Shown here: piece after piece, positions 1-13,281 of the stretch
How the letters are laid out: each line of letters begins with the position of its first letter
How positions within the stretch are numbered: position 1 is the stretch's first letter
NCBI RefSeq assembly: GCF_009914755.1
Contig: NC_060932.1
Direction: 5' to 3' (one strand)
Length of the DNA stretch: 64,000 nucleotides
Source: the human T2T-CHM13v2.0 reference genome, Homo sapiens
The notes under the pieces: generated by a model
Database searches by the model: none
Seen by the model: only the letters and a program-made list of their open reading frames with translations
Told to the model about the DNA's origin: nothing
Translations under genes and position numbers: made by a program

Positions 1-3000
1 TTGGTGTTTTAGACATGAAGTCTTTGCCCATGACTACGTCCTGAATGGTATTGCCTGGGTTTTCTTTTAGGATTTTTATGGTCCTAGGTCGTACATTTAA
101 GTCAAGATCAATCTTGAGTTGATTTTTGTATAAGGTGTAAGGAAGGGGTCCAGTTTCAGTTTTCTGCATATGGCTACCCAGTTTTCCCAGCACTGTTTAT
201 TAAATAGGGAATATTTTCCCCATTGATTGTTTGTGTCTGGTTTGTCAAAGATCAGATGGTTGTAGTTGTGTGGTATTGTTTCTGAGGCCTCTGTTCTGTT
301 CCATTGGTCTATATATCTGTGTTGGTACCAGTACCATGCTGTTTTGGTTACTGTAGCCTTGTAGTATAGTTTGAAGTCAGATAGCGTGATGCCTCCAGCT
401 TTGTTCTTGCCCAGGATTGTCTTGGCTATGCAGGCTCTTTTTTGGTTCCATGTGAAGTTTAAAGTAGTCTTTTCCCAATTCTATGAAGAAAGGCAGTGGT
501 AGCTTGATGGGGATAGCATTGAATCTATAAATTACTTAGGGAAATATGGCCATTTTCACAATATTGATTCTTCCTCTCCATGAGCATGGAATGTTTTTTG
601 ATTCATTTGTGTCCTCTCTTATTTCCTTGAGCAGTGGTTTGCAGTTCTCCTTGAAGAGGTGCTTTACATCCCTTGTAAGTTGTATTCCTAGGTATTTTAT
701 TCTCTTTGTAGCAATTGTGAATGGGATTTCACTCCTGATTTGGCTTTCTGTTTGTCTGTTGTTGATGTATAGGAATGCTTGTGATTTTTGCACATTGATT
801 TTGTATCCTGAGACTTTGCTGAAGTTGCTTATCAGCTTAAGGAGATTTAGGGCTGAGACAATGGGGTTTTCTAAATATACAGTCATGTCATCTGCAAACA
901 GAGACAATTTGACTTCATCTTTTCCTATTTGAGTACCCTTTATTTCTTTCTCTTGCCCGATTGCCCTGGCGAGAACTTCCAATACTATGTTGAATAGGAG
1001 TGGTGAGAGAGGGCATGTCTTGTGCTGGTTTTCAAAGGGAATGCTTCTAGTTTTTGCCCATTCAGTATGGTATTGGCTGTGTGTTTGTCATACATAGCTC
1101 TTATTATTTTGAGATACGTTTCATTGATATCTAGTTTATTGAGAGTTTTTAGCATGAAGAGGCGTTGAATTTTGTTGAAGGACTTTTCTGCATCTATTGA
1201 GATAATCATGTGGTTTTTGTCATTGCTTCTGTTTATGTGGTAGATTACTTTTATTAATTTGCATATGTTGAACCAGCCTTGCATCCAAGGTATGAAGCCA
1301 ACTTGATCGTGGTGGATAAGCTTTTTGATGTGCAGCTGGATTCAGTTTCCCAGTATTTTATTGAGGATTTTCGCATCAATGTTCATCAGGGATATTGGCC
1401 TGAAATTTTCATTTTTTGTTGTGTCTCTGCCAGGTTTTGGTGTCAGGATGGTGCTGGCCTCATGAAATGAGTTAGGGAGGATTCCCTCTTTTTCTGTTAT
1501 TTGGCATAGTTTCAGAAGGAATGGTACCAGCTCCTCTTTATACCTCTGGTAGAATTTGGCTGTGAATCCATCTGGTCCTGGACTTTTTTTTTGTTGATAG
1601 TTTATTAATTACTGCCTCAATTTCAGAATTTGTTATTGGTTTATTCAGGGATTCAACTTATTCCTAATTTAGACTTGGGAGGGTATGTGTGTCCATGAAT
1701 TTATCAATTTCTTCTAGATTTTCTAGTTTATTAGTGTTTATAGTATTCTCTGATGGTAGTTTTTATTTCTGTGGGATCAGTGGTGATATCTCCTTTATCA
1801 TTTTTTATTACATCTATTTGATTCTTCTCTCTTGTCTTCTTTATTATTCTGGCTAGCGGTCTATCTATTTTGTTGATCTTTTCTAAAAACCAGCTCCTGG
1901 ATTCATTAATTTTTTGAAGGGTTTTTCTAGTCTCTATTTCCTTCAGTTCTGCTCTCTTCTTAGTTATTTCTTGTCTTCTGCTAGATTTTGAATTTATTTG
2001 CTGTTGCTTCTCTAGTTCTTGTAATTTTGATGTTAGGGTGTCAATTTTAGATCTTTCCTGCTTTCTCTTGTGGGCATTTAGTGCTATAAATTTCTCTCTA
2101 CACACTGCTTTAAATGTGTCCCAGAGATTCTGGTATGTTGTGTCTTCATTCTCATTGGTTTCAAAGAACATTTTTATTTTCGCATTAATTTTGTTATTTA
2201 CCCAGTAGTCATTCAGGAGTAGGTTATTCAGTTTCCATGTAGTTGTGCGATTTTGAGTGAGTTTCTTAATCCTGAGTTCTAATTTGATTACCCTGTGGTC
2301 TGAGAGACTATTTGTTATGATTTCCATTATTTTGCATTTGCTTAGGAGTGTTTACTTCCAATTATGTGGTGAATTTTAGAATAAGTGCAATGTGGTGCTG
2401 AGAAGAATGTATATTCTGTTGATTTGGGGTGGAGAGTTCTGTAGGTGTCTGTTAGGTCTGCTTGGTCCAGAGGTGAGTTAAAGTCCTGAATATCCTTGTT
2501 AATTTTCTGTCTCATTGATCTGCCTAATATTAACAGTGGGGTGTTAAAGTCTCCCACTATTATTGTGTGGGAGTCTAAGTCTCTTTGTCGGTCTCTAAGA
2601 ACTTACTTTATGAATCTGGGTGCTCCTGTATGGGGTACATATATATTTAGGATAGTTAGCAATTCTTGCTGCATTGATCCATTTACCATTATGTAATGGC
2701 CTTCTTTGTCTCTTTTGATCTTTGTTGGTTTAAAGTCTGTTTGATCAGAGATTAGGATTGCAACTCCTGCTTTTGTTTGCTTTCCATTTGCTTGGTAAAT
2801 ATTCCTCCATCCCTTTATTTTGAGCCTTTGTGTGTCTTTGCACATGAGATGGGTCTCCTGAATACAGCACACTGATGGGTCTATACTCTTGATCCAATTT
2901 GCCAGTCTGTGTCTTTTAATTGAGGCATTTAGCCCATTTACATTTAAGGTTAATATTGTTATGTGTTAATTTCATCCTGTCAGAATGATCCTAGCTGGTT

Positions 3001-5565
3001 GTTTTGCCTGTTTGTTTTTTTTTTATTGTTTTTTTTTAAATTATTATTATACTTTAAGTTTTAGGGTACATGTGCACAATGTGCAAGTTAGTTACCTATG
3101 TATACATGTGCCATGCTGGTGCACTGCACCCACTGACTCGTCATCTAGCATTAGGTATATCTCCCAATGCTATCCCTCCCCGCTCACCCCACCCACAACA
3201 GTCCCCAGAGCCTTTTTGTTGATGGAGTTTCTTCATAGTGTCGATGGTCTTTACAATTTGGTATGTTTTTGCAGTGGCTGGTACCGGTTTTTCTTTCCAC
3301 GTTTACTGCTTCTTTCAGGAGCTCTTGTAAGGCAGGCCTTGTGGTGACAAAATCTCTCAGCATTTGCTTGTCTGTAAAGGATTTTATTTCTCCTTCACTT
3401 ATGAAGCTTAGTTTGGCTGGATATGAAATTCTGGGTTAAAAATTCTTTTCTTTAAGAATGTTGAGTATTGGCCCCCACTCTCTTCTGGCTTGTAGGGTTT
3501 CTGCAGAGAGATCCACTCTTAGTCTGATGGGCTTCCCTTTGTGGGTAACCCAACCTTTCTCTCTGGCTGCCCTTAATATTTTTTCCTTCATTTCAACCTT
3601 GGTAAATCTGATGATTATGTGTCTTGGGGTTGCTCTTCTTGAGGAGTATCTTTGTGGTGTTCTCTGTATTTCCTGAATTTGAATGTTGGCCTGTCTTGCT
3701 AGGTTGGGGAAGTTCTCCTGGATAATATCCTGAGGAGTGTTTTCCAACTTGGTTCCATTCTCCTCATAACTTTTAGGTACACTAATCAAACATAGATTTG
3801 GTTTTTTCACATAGTCCTATGTTTCTTGGAGGCTTTGTTCATTTTTATTCCTTTTTCTCTAGTCTTGTCTTCTCTCTTTATTTCATTAAGTTGATCTTCA
3901 ATCACTGATATCCTTTTTTCTGCTTGATCGATTTGGCTATTGAAACTTGTGTATGCTTCATGAAGTTCTCGTGTTGTGTTTTTCAGCTCCATCAGGTCAT
4001 CTATGTTCTTCTCTACACTGGTTATTCTAGCTAGCAATTCATCTTACCGTTTTTCAAGGTTCTTAGCTTCCTTGCATTGGGTTAGCACATGGTCCTTTAG
4101 CTCGGAGGAGTTTGTTATTACCCACCTTCTGAAGCCTGCTTCTGTCAATTCATCTAATTCATTCTCCATCCAGTTTTGTTCCCTTGCTGCTGAGGAGCTG
4201 TGATCCTTTGGAGGAGAAAAGGCATTCTGGTTGTTGAATTTATCAGCTTTTTGCACTGGTTTCTCCCTATCTTTGTGGATTTATCTACCTTTGGTCTTTG
4301 ATGTTGGTGACCTTCGGATGGGGTCTTTGAGTGGACCTGCTGTTCCTTTTTGTTTGTTAGTTTTCCTTCTAACAGTCAGACCCCTCTGCAGCCAGTCTGC
4401 TGTAGTTTGCTGGATGTCCACTCCCGACCCTATTTGCCTGGCTATCACCAGTGGAGGCTGCAGAACAGTAAAGATTGCTGCCTGATCTTTCCTCTGGAAG
4501 ATTCGTCCCAGAGGATCACCTGCCAGATGCCAGCCAGAGCTCTTCTGTATGAGGTGTCTGTCAGCCCCTACTTGGAGGTGTCTCCCAGTCAGGATACACA
4601 GGGGTCAGGGACCCACTTGAGGAGGCAGTCTGACCCTTAGCAGCACTCAAACGCTGTGCTGGGAGGTCTGCTGCTCTCTTCAGAGCTGTCAGGCAGGGAC
4701 CTTTAAGTCTGATGAAGCTGTGCTCACTGCCTCCCCTTTCCCCAGGTGCTTTGTCCCAGGGAAATGGGGGTTTATCTGTAAGTCCCGCCTGGGGCTGCTG
4801 CCTTTTTTTCAGAGATGCCCTGACCAGAGAGAAGAGAAATCTGGGTCTGGCCACAGCAGTCTTGGTAAGCTGCAGTGGGTTCCACCCAGTTCTAACTTCC
4901 CAGCAGCTTTGTTCGCACTGTGAGCGTAAAACCACCTACTGAAGCCTCAGCGATGGCAGATGCCCTGCCCCCTGCCAAGCTCAGATGTCCTGGGTCAATC
5001 TCAGACTGCTGCTGTGCTGGCAGCAAGAATTTCAAGCCAGTAGATCTTAGTTTGCTGGGTTCCTCAGGGGGTGGGACCCGCCAACCCAGACCACTTGGCT
5101 CCCTGGCTTCAGTACCCCTTTCTAGGGAAGTGAAGGGTTCTGTCTCCCTGACGTTCCAGGGGCCACTGGGGTATGGGAAAAAAGAACTGCAGCTAGTGTC
5201 TGCCCAAATGGCCACCCAGTTTTGTGCTTGAAACCCAGGGCCTTGGTGGGGTAGGCAGTGGAGGGAATCTCCTGGTTTGCAGGTTGCAAAGACCATGGGA
5301 CAAGCTCAGTATCTGTGCTGGAGGTCCTCAGGCTCAGTCCCTCACGGCTTCTCTTGGGTAGGGGAGAAAATTCCCCGACCCCTTGCGCTTCCCAGGTGAG
5401 TCGACGCCCCACCCTGCTTCAACTCGCCCTCCATGCACTGCACCCACTGTCCAACTGGTTCCAGTAAGATGAACCAGGTACCTCAGTTGGAAATGCCCAC
5501 CTTCTGCGTCAATCTTGCTGGGAGCTGCAGACCAGAGCTATTCCTATTTGACCATCTTGCCAGCA
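1..5565 (-). mobile_element. Decayed LINE-1 (L1PA6-8-like) with intact 5' end: 5'UTR ~4290-5565, broken ORF1 ~3000-4290, broken ORF2 running off the left edge
   Basis: ORF2 endonuclease (QETHL, GDFNTPL, SDH) and RT (LFADDM) fragments, and ORF1 fragments (LSAETLQARREWGPI). The 5' end reads CTGGCAAGATGGTCAAATAGGAATAGCTC on the minus strand. Many stops and frameshifts. Confidence 0.95.
3017..3209 (-). mobile_element. Severely 5'-truncated young L1 3' end (L1PA2-like) nested in the older L1
   Basis: T-rich tail followed by TTATTATTATACTTTAAGTTTTAGGGTACATGTGCAC...; TSD GCCTGTTTGTT (3006-3016) / GCCTTTTTGTT (3210-3220). Confidence 0.9.
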
Positions 5566-6171
5566 ATTCTCATCAAAAATATCTTTTTAAGTTTAAAATA
5601 AGAGGAGTTTTTTTCTTTGTCAAACTCTCCCTGGTATATCTTTCTAGAAAACACCATTTATGTATGCCAGTTTATTTACATGTACTATTTTTTGTATTTG
5701 CATAAAAATATTATACACACTATTCTGTACCACCTTAGAGCTTTTTGTTAATTTGTGGGGTTTTTTGCTTTGTTTTTAACTCAAGAGAGAAAAAAAAAGT
5801 AGCAAGAGAAGAACATGAACAATTAAGGCAGGAAAAGGGCAGAGTTCCATGAATTCAAATGCTGTTCATAGGATTCCACTAAACTTTTATTTTAACACAA
5901 CTTTTTTATCAAAACATCCCTTGAGCAATTAAAAGTGTCAGCACCTACAGCTGGGGCAGAGGATGGCGAAGACAAAGGTCACCAGTAGCTTCAAATTTCT
6001 CACAAGCACGTTAGATATGAACACAATGTCAGCAGGCTCAAGCATCTCACCCATCACACGGGATGAGAAAAGAAAAACTACTCATGAACTGTGTTTAAAT
6101 GGCCTCTTGGCAGCATTCCCACTCTTCTTGTGACTAAAGGAGAGAAGAAATACCATTGAAATACTATCTGA

Positions 6172-6686
<515 letters not shown>

Positions 6687-6931
6687 TCAACATGGCCTTC
6701 GTGGGGTTGTTCATGTCTTCCTAGCTTTTCACAGTACCTTTGTGAACGTAAAAGTCCTCTTGCAGTGGGAATGGAAATAGTTATAAAAGAAAATCGTCCA
6801 GAAAATGTGCGGTTACAGTTGCCAGGCATTTGCCTAAAGTACGTCTCCAAGTTCTCTATATTGGGACGGCCGCTGCAGGTGAAGGTATTAAATATACTGT
6901 ATTTGTTTTTCAAGATTCCCCACAACCTTGA

Positions 6932-8085
<1,154 letters not shown>

Positions 8086-8349
8086 TTCCTTTCTTCCCAG
8101 TTTCTAGAACCATGCATTCAGGATCACCTTTGCCTACTTGGTTATAAAAGCTAAAATATAAGAAACTCGTACATTTTATTCAACAATCATTTTAGGAAGC
8201 ACCTACTGGGAAAACAGATCTCTTGGAAATACAGGGATGCGATGTCTGCCTCCGCCCTCAAGGGAAGGCTCACTGCCAGCTGAGCCAAAAGACTTGTCCT
8301 GTCCTTGTCCTCAGCAAATGCCACCTCCAAGTTGTTCAAGCCCAAAACC

Positions 8350-8640
8350 CCGAGGCTACAACCTGGAGAAACCCTGAGGACATTATGTTACGTGGAACAA
8401 GCCAGTCACAAAAGGACAAATGGACAAATGACTCCACTTATGTGAGGTCCCAAGAGAAGTCAAATTCCTGGAGACAGGAGTGGTGGCTCCCAGGGACTGG
8501 GATGGGGATGAGGAAGACAGAGCTTCAGTTGGCGAAGATGGGAAAGTTCTGGAGAGGGATGTGACACTGGCTGCACAGCAGCATGGATGCACTTACCGCC
8601 TCTGCGTTGCACACTTGAACACAGTTGAGCTGGTGAATTT
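8350..8640 (+). mobile_element. Old L1M(B/C)-type 3' fragment
   Basis: AACCCTGAGGACATTATG...AAGCCAGTCACAAAAGGACAAAT motif typical of L1MB 3'UTRs. Confidence 0.6.
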
Positions 8641-8699
8641 TGTCTTTTCATCCAGCAGTTGCCTCAGCATGAAGTTCCATCAGCTCTACCTTCAAAGCA

Positions 8700-9201
8700 T
8701 GCCGAGTCTGTCCTGCAGACTCTGGCCAAGCAGTGGATGAAAGGAGCATGCTGACACAGGTATTTTGTCTGACAGCGTGGCGAGGGGACTGCACAGCTCA
8801 GCACTGCTGACGAGAGTCCTGTAGCTACGGAGAGAATGCAGCTCCCATAAGCTGGCCTTGCTCGCATTTATTTAGTACAGATTTAATGACAAAGGCTTGG
8901 AGCAAACACAATTTGTGGATAATAAATATTGTTGACTCCCCAAGTAGAGAGCAGTCCTGCACACGAATGATCAAAGGTTGGTTTCTGGAGACAGGAGTAA
9001 ACAAATTTATCTAGATATGTTCCTTTACATTCCCTTGTTATCTACCCTTTGCTCTCAGGCTCCAGATAAGAGAATTTGGCTGCCTTCAGCCAAATTTTCT
9101 TTCAAAGCTTTTGCAAAACCTCCCAGCCTTCCAAGAAGGTTTGTGTCTTTCCCTGCAACTTTTTCTTACAACTTTCCCCACCACCCTGACTAACTCCTAC
9201 A
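8700..9201 (-). repeat. 3' LTR (LTR22 family)
   Basis: Minus strand begins TGTAGGAGTTAGTCAGGGTGGTGGGGAAAG, preceded by the polypurine tract AGAAAAGGGGGGGA. Confidence 0.9.
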
Positions 9202-9621
9202 TCCCCCCCTTTTCTGTTTTTTGCATCAGGTTTTGTTGATTGGAGAGTACAGATGAGTGCAGCAAACCAGTTTGTCTGGCGTGGCAGTTACTGCTCATAT
9301 TCTGGCTTTGCATCCTAGAATTAGTAAATAACATAAGACAAACATTAGTATAATCTGTAACATTCTTTTCCAATCAAGGAGTGACCCCCAGGAGTGGGAG
9401 TCTATCCAGGAGAGATGTTCTTGCACATCCTGCCATATGGCTGTTTGTTGGGCTTGTAGATCTATGGCATTTAGGGATTGTAGAATTTTAGTTTTAAGTT
9501 GACTTATGTCTGCTCTGAAATTATCATGTAAGATTCCCCGAGGGGTTGTTTCACCTCATCCCAACTACACATCGATTGATTCCAAGGTGACACAGATGTG
9601 CTTATGCTCCCAGTCCCAGTT

Positions 9622-10802
9622 TCATTGCTGTCGGAATGCCAGTGCATCTTGCCACTCCCCTACGTATTCCGAGGCAGCATCAAGGGTTCGAAGGCATGCG
9701 AGAGTCTTTTCATCTATACCCTGCTGTAAGAGAAGTTGATTAGACACATTTTTGGCCAAGTTATCTACAAAGGTAGCTGTTTGTACTGATTCAGTAATAG
9801 AGGCCACAGCAACACTAGCAGTTGCCAAGATGACTATGGCTGAGACTATAAAGGCTATAAGTGTGCCTATGAGTCTTTTGGGTCTGACCTGGGACAGGGC
9901 ACCTTCTAAGGCGGCAAAGGCAGAGAAGCCTTGCCAATTGCGTGTCAAATTCACAGGTAAGAATGCCTCAGATTTACTCCTTAATACCATGACACTAGTA
10001 ATATTTAAATTAGATATATTGTAATTAGTATTACATGAGACGAACCAAGCCTGTCCCTGCACTCTAGTCAGAAACGTGGAGTTTAGGGGTGTAATGGAAA
10101 TATTAGTTCCCATAAGGAAACCATATGGATGGGTAGTGCAAATCAGGCACTGATCTGTGTGATCATGAATAACAGTCATGGTATAGGAGCAACTATACTA
10201 TGGGAGGTACTAAGATGTCCCAGGAGCCATAAAGTGTCTTGGGGTGGCATGGGCTTTACTTGGGGCCTGGGATATCCCATCCCCCAATCAGTGCAAATCA
10301 TAGAGGAATGGGACGTGGCTATGAAACTGTGATTGATGCTGTGATAGATGTGGACATGAGTATGGTCGCCCCACAAATGGCAGTGGGGGCTCCAGTCTAA
10401 GATGTTATAATTGCCTAAATGGAGGCCACAGGCTTGTCCCCCATGACAGACCTCCCAGCCAAAGTGGAATCCATTACTTTGCCAGCTATGTTCTTTAGCA
10501 CAGGAAGGAAGGTTGGGGAAAGTGGCATTGTTTGCATTGCCTGGTTTGAGGCTACCTGTAACCAAGAACCTTAAGGCATTTCCTTTGCCATGATGTAGCC
10601 ACAATTGTGATTGTGTAGGTACACAGTAAGGGTTAGAAATTTTATAACTTACACACGGTGGGAGGATAGTGGAGTGATATATAGTGTTACTTGGCACCTT
10701 AGTGCAATGTGTGCCATTAATGAGGGATCCCACTGGGGGTAAGTCAGTCCCTCCTTGCCAAGCAGTTACATTATTAGAGGCTGGGAAGGGGTGTCTGCCC
10801 AA
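9622..10802 (-). pseudogene. HML-5 env remnant (SU and start of TM, frameshifted)
   Basis: Furin-like RPKR followed by a hydrophobic fusion peptide LIGTLIAFIVSAIVILATASVA; two overlapping broken ORFs. Confidence 0.85.
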
Positions 10803-12958
10803 GTAACAGGGAAGAACTTTTTCAGGTGCTATGATTTGCGGGTGCTAAGGATCTAAGAGATGTGTCCAATAGAGAGTAACAGGTGCAGATTGCAGGCAGA
10901 ACAATGGCATAAAAAGGATCAATACCCTATGTGAGTTGCAATGTACAACAGAGAGCATAGCAAGGAATAAATTATCTGGAGTGACTGGTGTCTGTGTCCG
11001 GAGCAGGATTCACTCAGCCTCCTGAGTTGTCTTCTTTAGCATCCCCCAGGTAATGTCTGGGGCTTGTGTCATCCCAGGAAGCCGCATCGTCCAGTGTTGC
11101 GGGTCCTGCAGGGTCATTCCCTTCATTTCTTGTGCCAGGTTGGGTCCTAGCCACGCCATGGTAAGGTTTGATGCCTCATGCTGGAATCCAAAGAGGACCT
11201 GAGGGGGTGTGAGCACAAGCATATCCTCTTCCCCACATTAACAAATCATTTGGACCACAGCATACATTACTGTTTACATCTTTCCATAAAACTGCGGGTC
11301 TTATGTCTTGAGAGGTTTTAGCAAAGTGCTTTTCTATAGCTGATTGAAATTTATCATTTAAATTTAAGAAATTAAGGGTAAATAAGGCTTATGCTAGTAG
11401 TGTTGCAGGGTTCTTACTCATATTCCCCTTTTTTGTTTTCGAGCCTATTTTTAAGAGTGGAATGGACATGTTCTACTATGGCCTGTCTTTGGGGGTTATA
11501 TGGGATGCCTGTGAAATGTTGGATGTTCCACATGTGACAAAATTGTTGAAATAGTGAGCTGGCATATGCCAGACCATTATCAGTTTTAATTTTTGTAGGC
11601 TGCCTCATAAATGCAGAAGTTAAGGGAAGATGTTTAATAACATATTGGGTGGACTCTCCAGGAAGAGCATGTGTGCTAATTAGGTGAGAATTGGTATCAA
11701 TGGATACATGTACATATTTAAGTTTTTCAAATTCAGGGACGTGTGTAACATCTGTTTGCCATAACTGATTAGGTTCTAGTCTTCTAGGGTTAATGCCTGT
11801 TGAAGGAGGGTGTCACACACATCCATGTGAAGAGACCACCAAACAGGCTTTGTGTGAGCAGTAAAGCTTTTTAATCACCTGGGTGCAGGTGGGCTGAGTC
11901 CGAAAAGAGAGTCAGCAAAGAGAGTTAGGGGTGGGGCAGTTTTATAGGATTTGGGTAGGTAGTGGAAAATTACAGTCAAAGGGAGTTGTTCTTTTGCAGG
12001 CAGGGGCAGGGGTCACAAGGTGCTCAGTGGGAGAGATTCTGAGCTGGGAGAAGGAGTTTCACCAGGTAATGTCATCAGTTAAGTCAGGAACTGGCCATTT
12101 TTACTTCTTTTGTGATTCTTCAGTTGCTTTAGGCTATCTGGATGTATACATACAGGCTTGGGTTCAGAGGCCTGACATTCCTGTCTTCTTATATTAATAA
12201 AAAAAAATAATGTTGAAGTGTTGGGGCAGCAAAAATTTTTTGGGGGTGGTATGGAGAGATAATGGGTGATGTTTCTCAGGGCTGTTTCAAGTGGGATTAG
12301 GGGCAGCATGGGAACCTAGAGTGGGAGAGATTAAGCTGAAGGAAGATTTTGTGGTAAGAGGTGATATTGTGAGGTTGTTAGAAGGAATATTTGTCATATA
12401 CAATGACAGGTGATGGCCTGGATATGGCTTTGTATGAATTGACAAACTAAACAGAAGACACAAGGTCCCAGTAAGAGGAGAAAAACAGGTATTGAAGGAC
12501 TAAGAATTGAGAGGACCAAGGATATCCAATCAGAGTGCCTAAAGGGGTTTAGTGTGATTATTTGCTTGGTTGGCAAGTTTTTGGGCTCTATCCTTGAGTT
12601 TTTTTATGTTGTCATATGTCAGTCCAGATTGATAAAAACAACACTCTTCATTTAAAAATATAGCGAGTCTCCTTTTTTTTTTTTTTTTTTTAGCAGTGAG
12701 TAAGTTGAGGCCTCGGCGATTTTGGAGGAAAGAGAAATGCAAAGACAAGAATTGTTTGTTAAAGAAGGATTAGAAATGGCTAGGAGAGAGTGAGTGAGAT
12801 TGACAGTGTGGTGGAGATAGCTGGGGAGAGGTAGAGAGTGGTATAAGAACGGGAACGAGAGTAAGAGTGAGTATAAAAGTAAAGAATAGGAATTCATCAG
12901 GGTGAAAGTATTGGAGTACACTTTTTGGAGTATTGGTGAAGATTGCCAGTGAAGATCT

Positions 12959-13281
<323 letters not shown>

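Noticed and set aside
1-5565. Retrotransposition-competent L1
   Set aside because: Many stops and frameshifts, an insertion in ORF1, and the ORF2 start appears mutated (CTG ACA GGA TGA near 2972-2983).
9622-10802. HML-5 env ORFs (208 + 185 aa) as a captured env gene
   Set aside because: Frameshifted, no in-frame signal peptide, and TM truncated before the membrane anchor.
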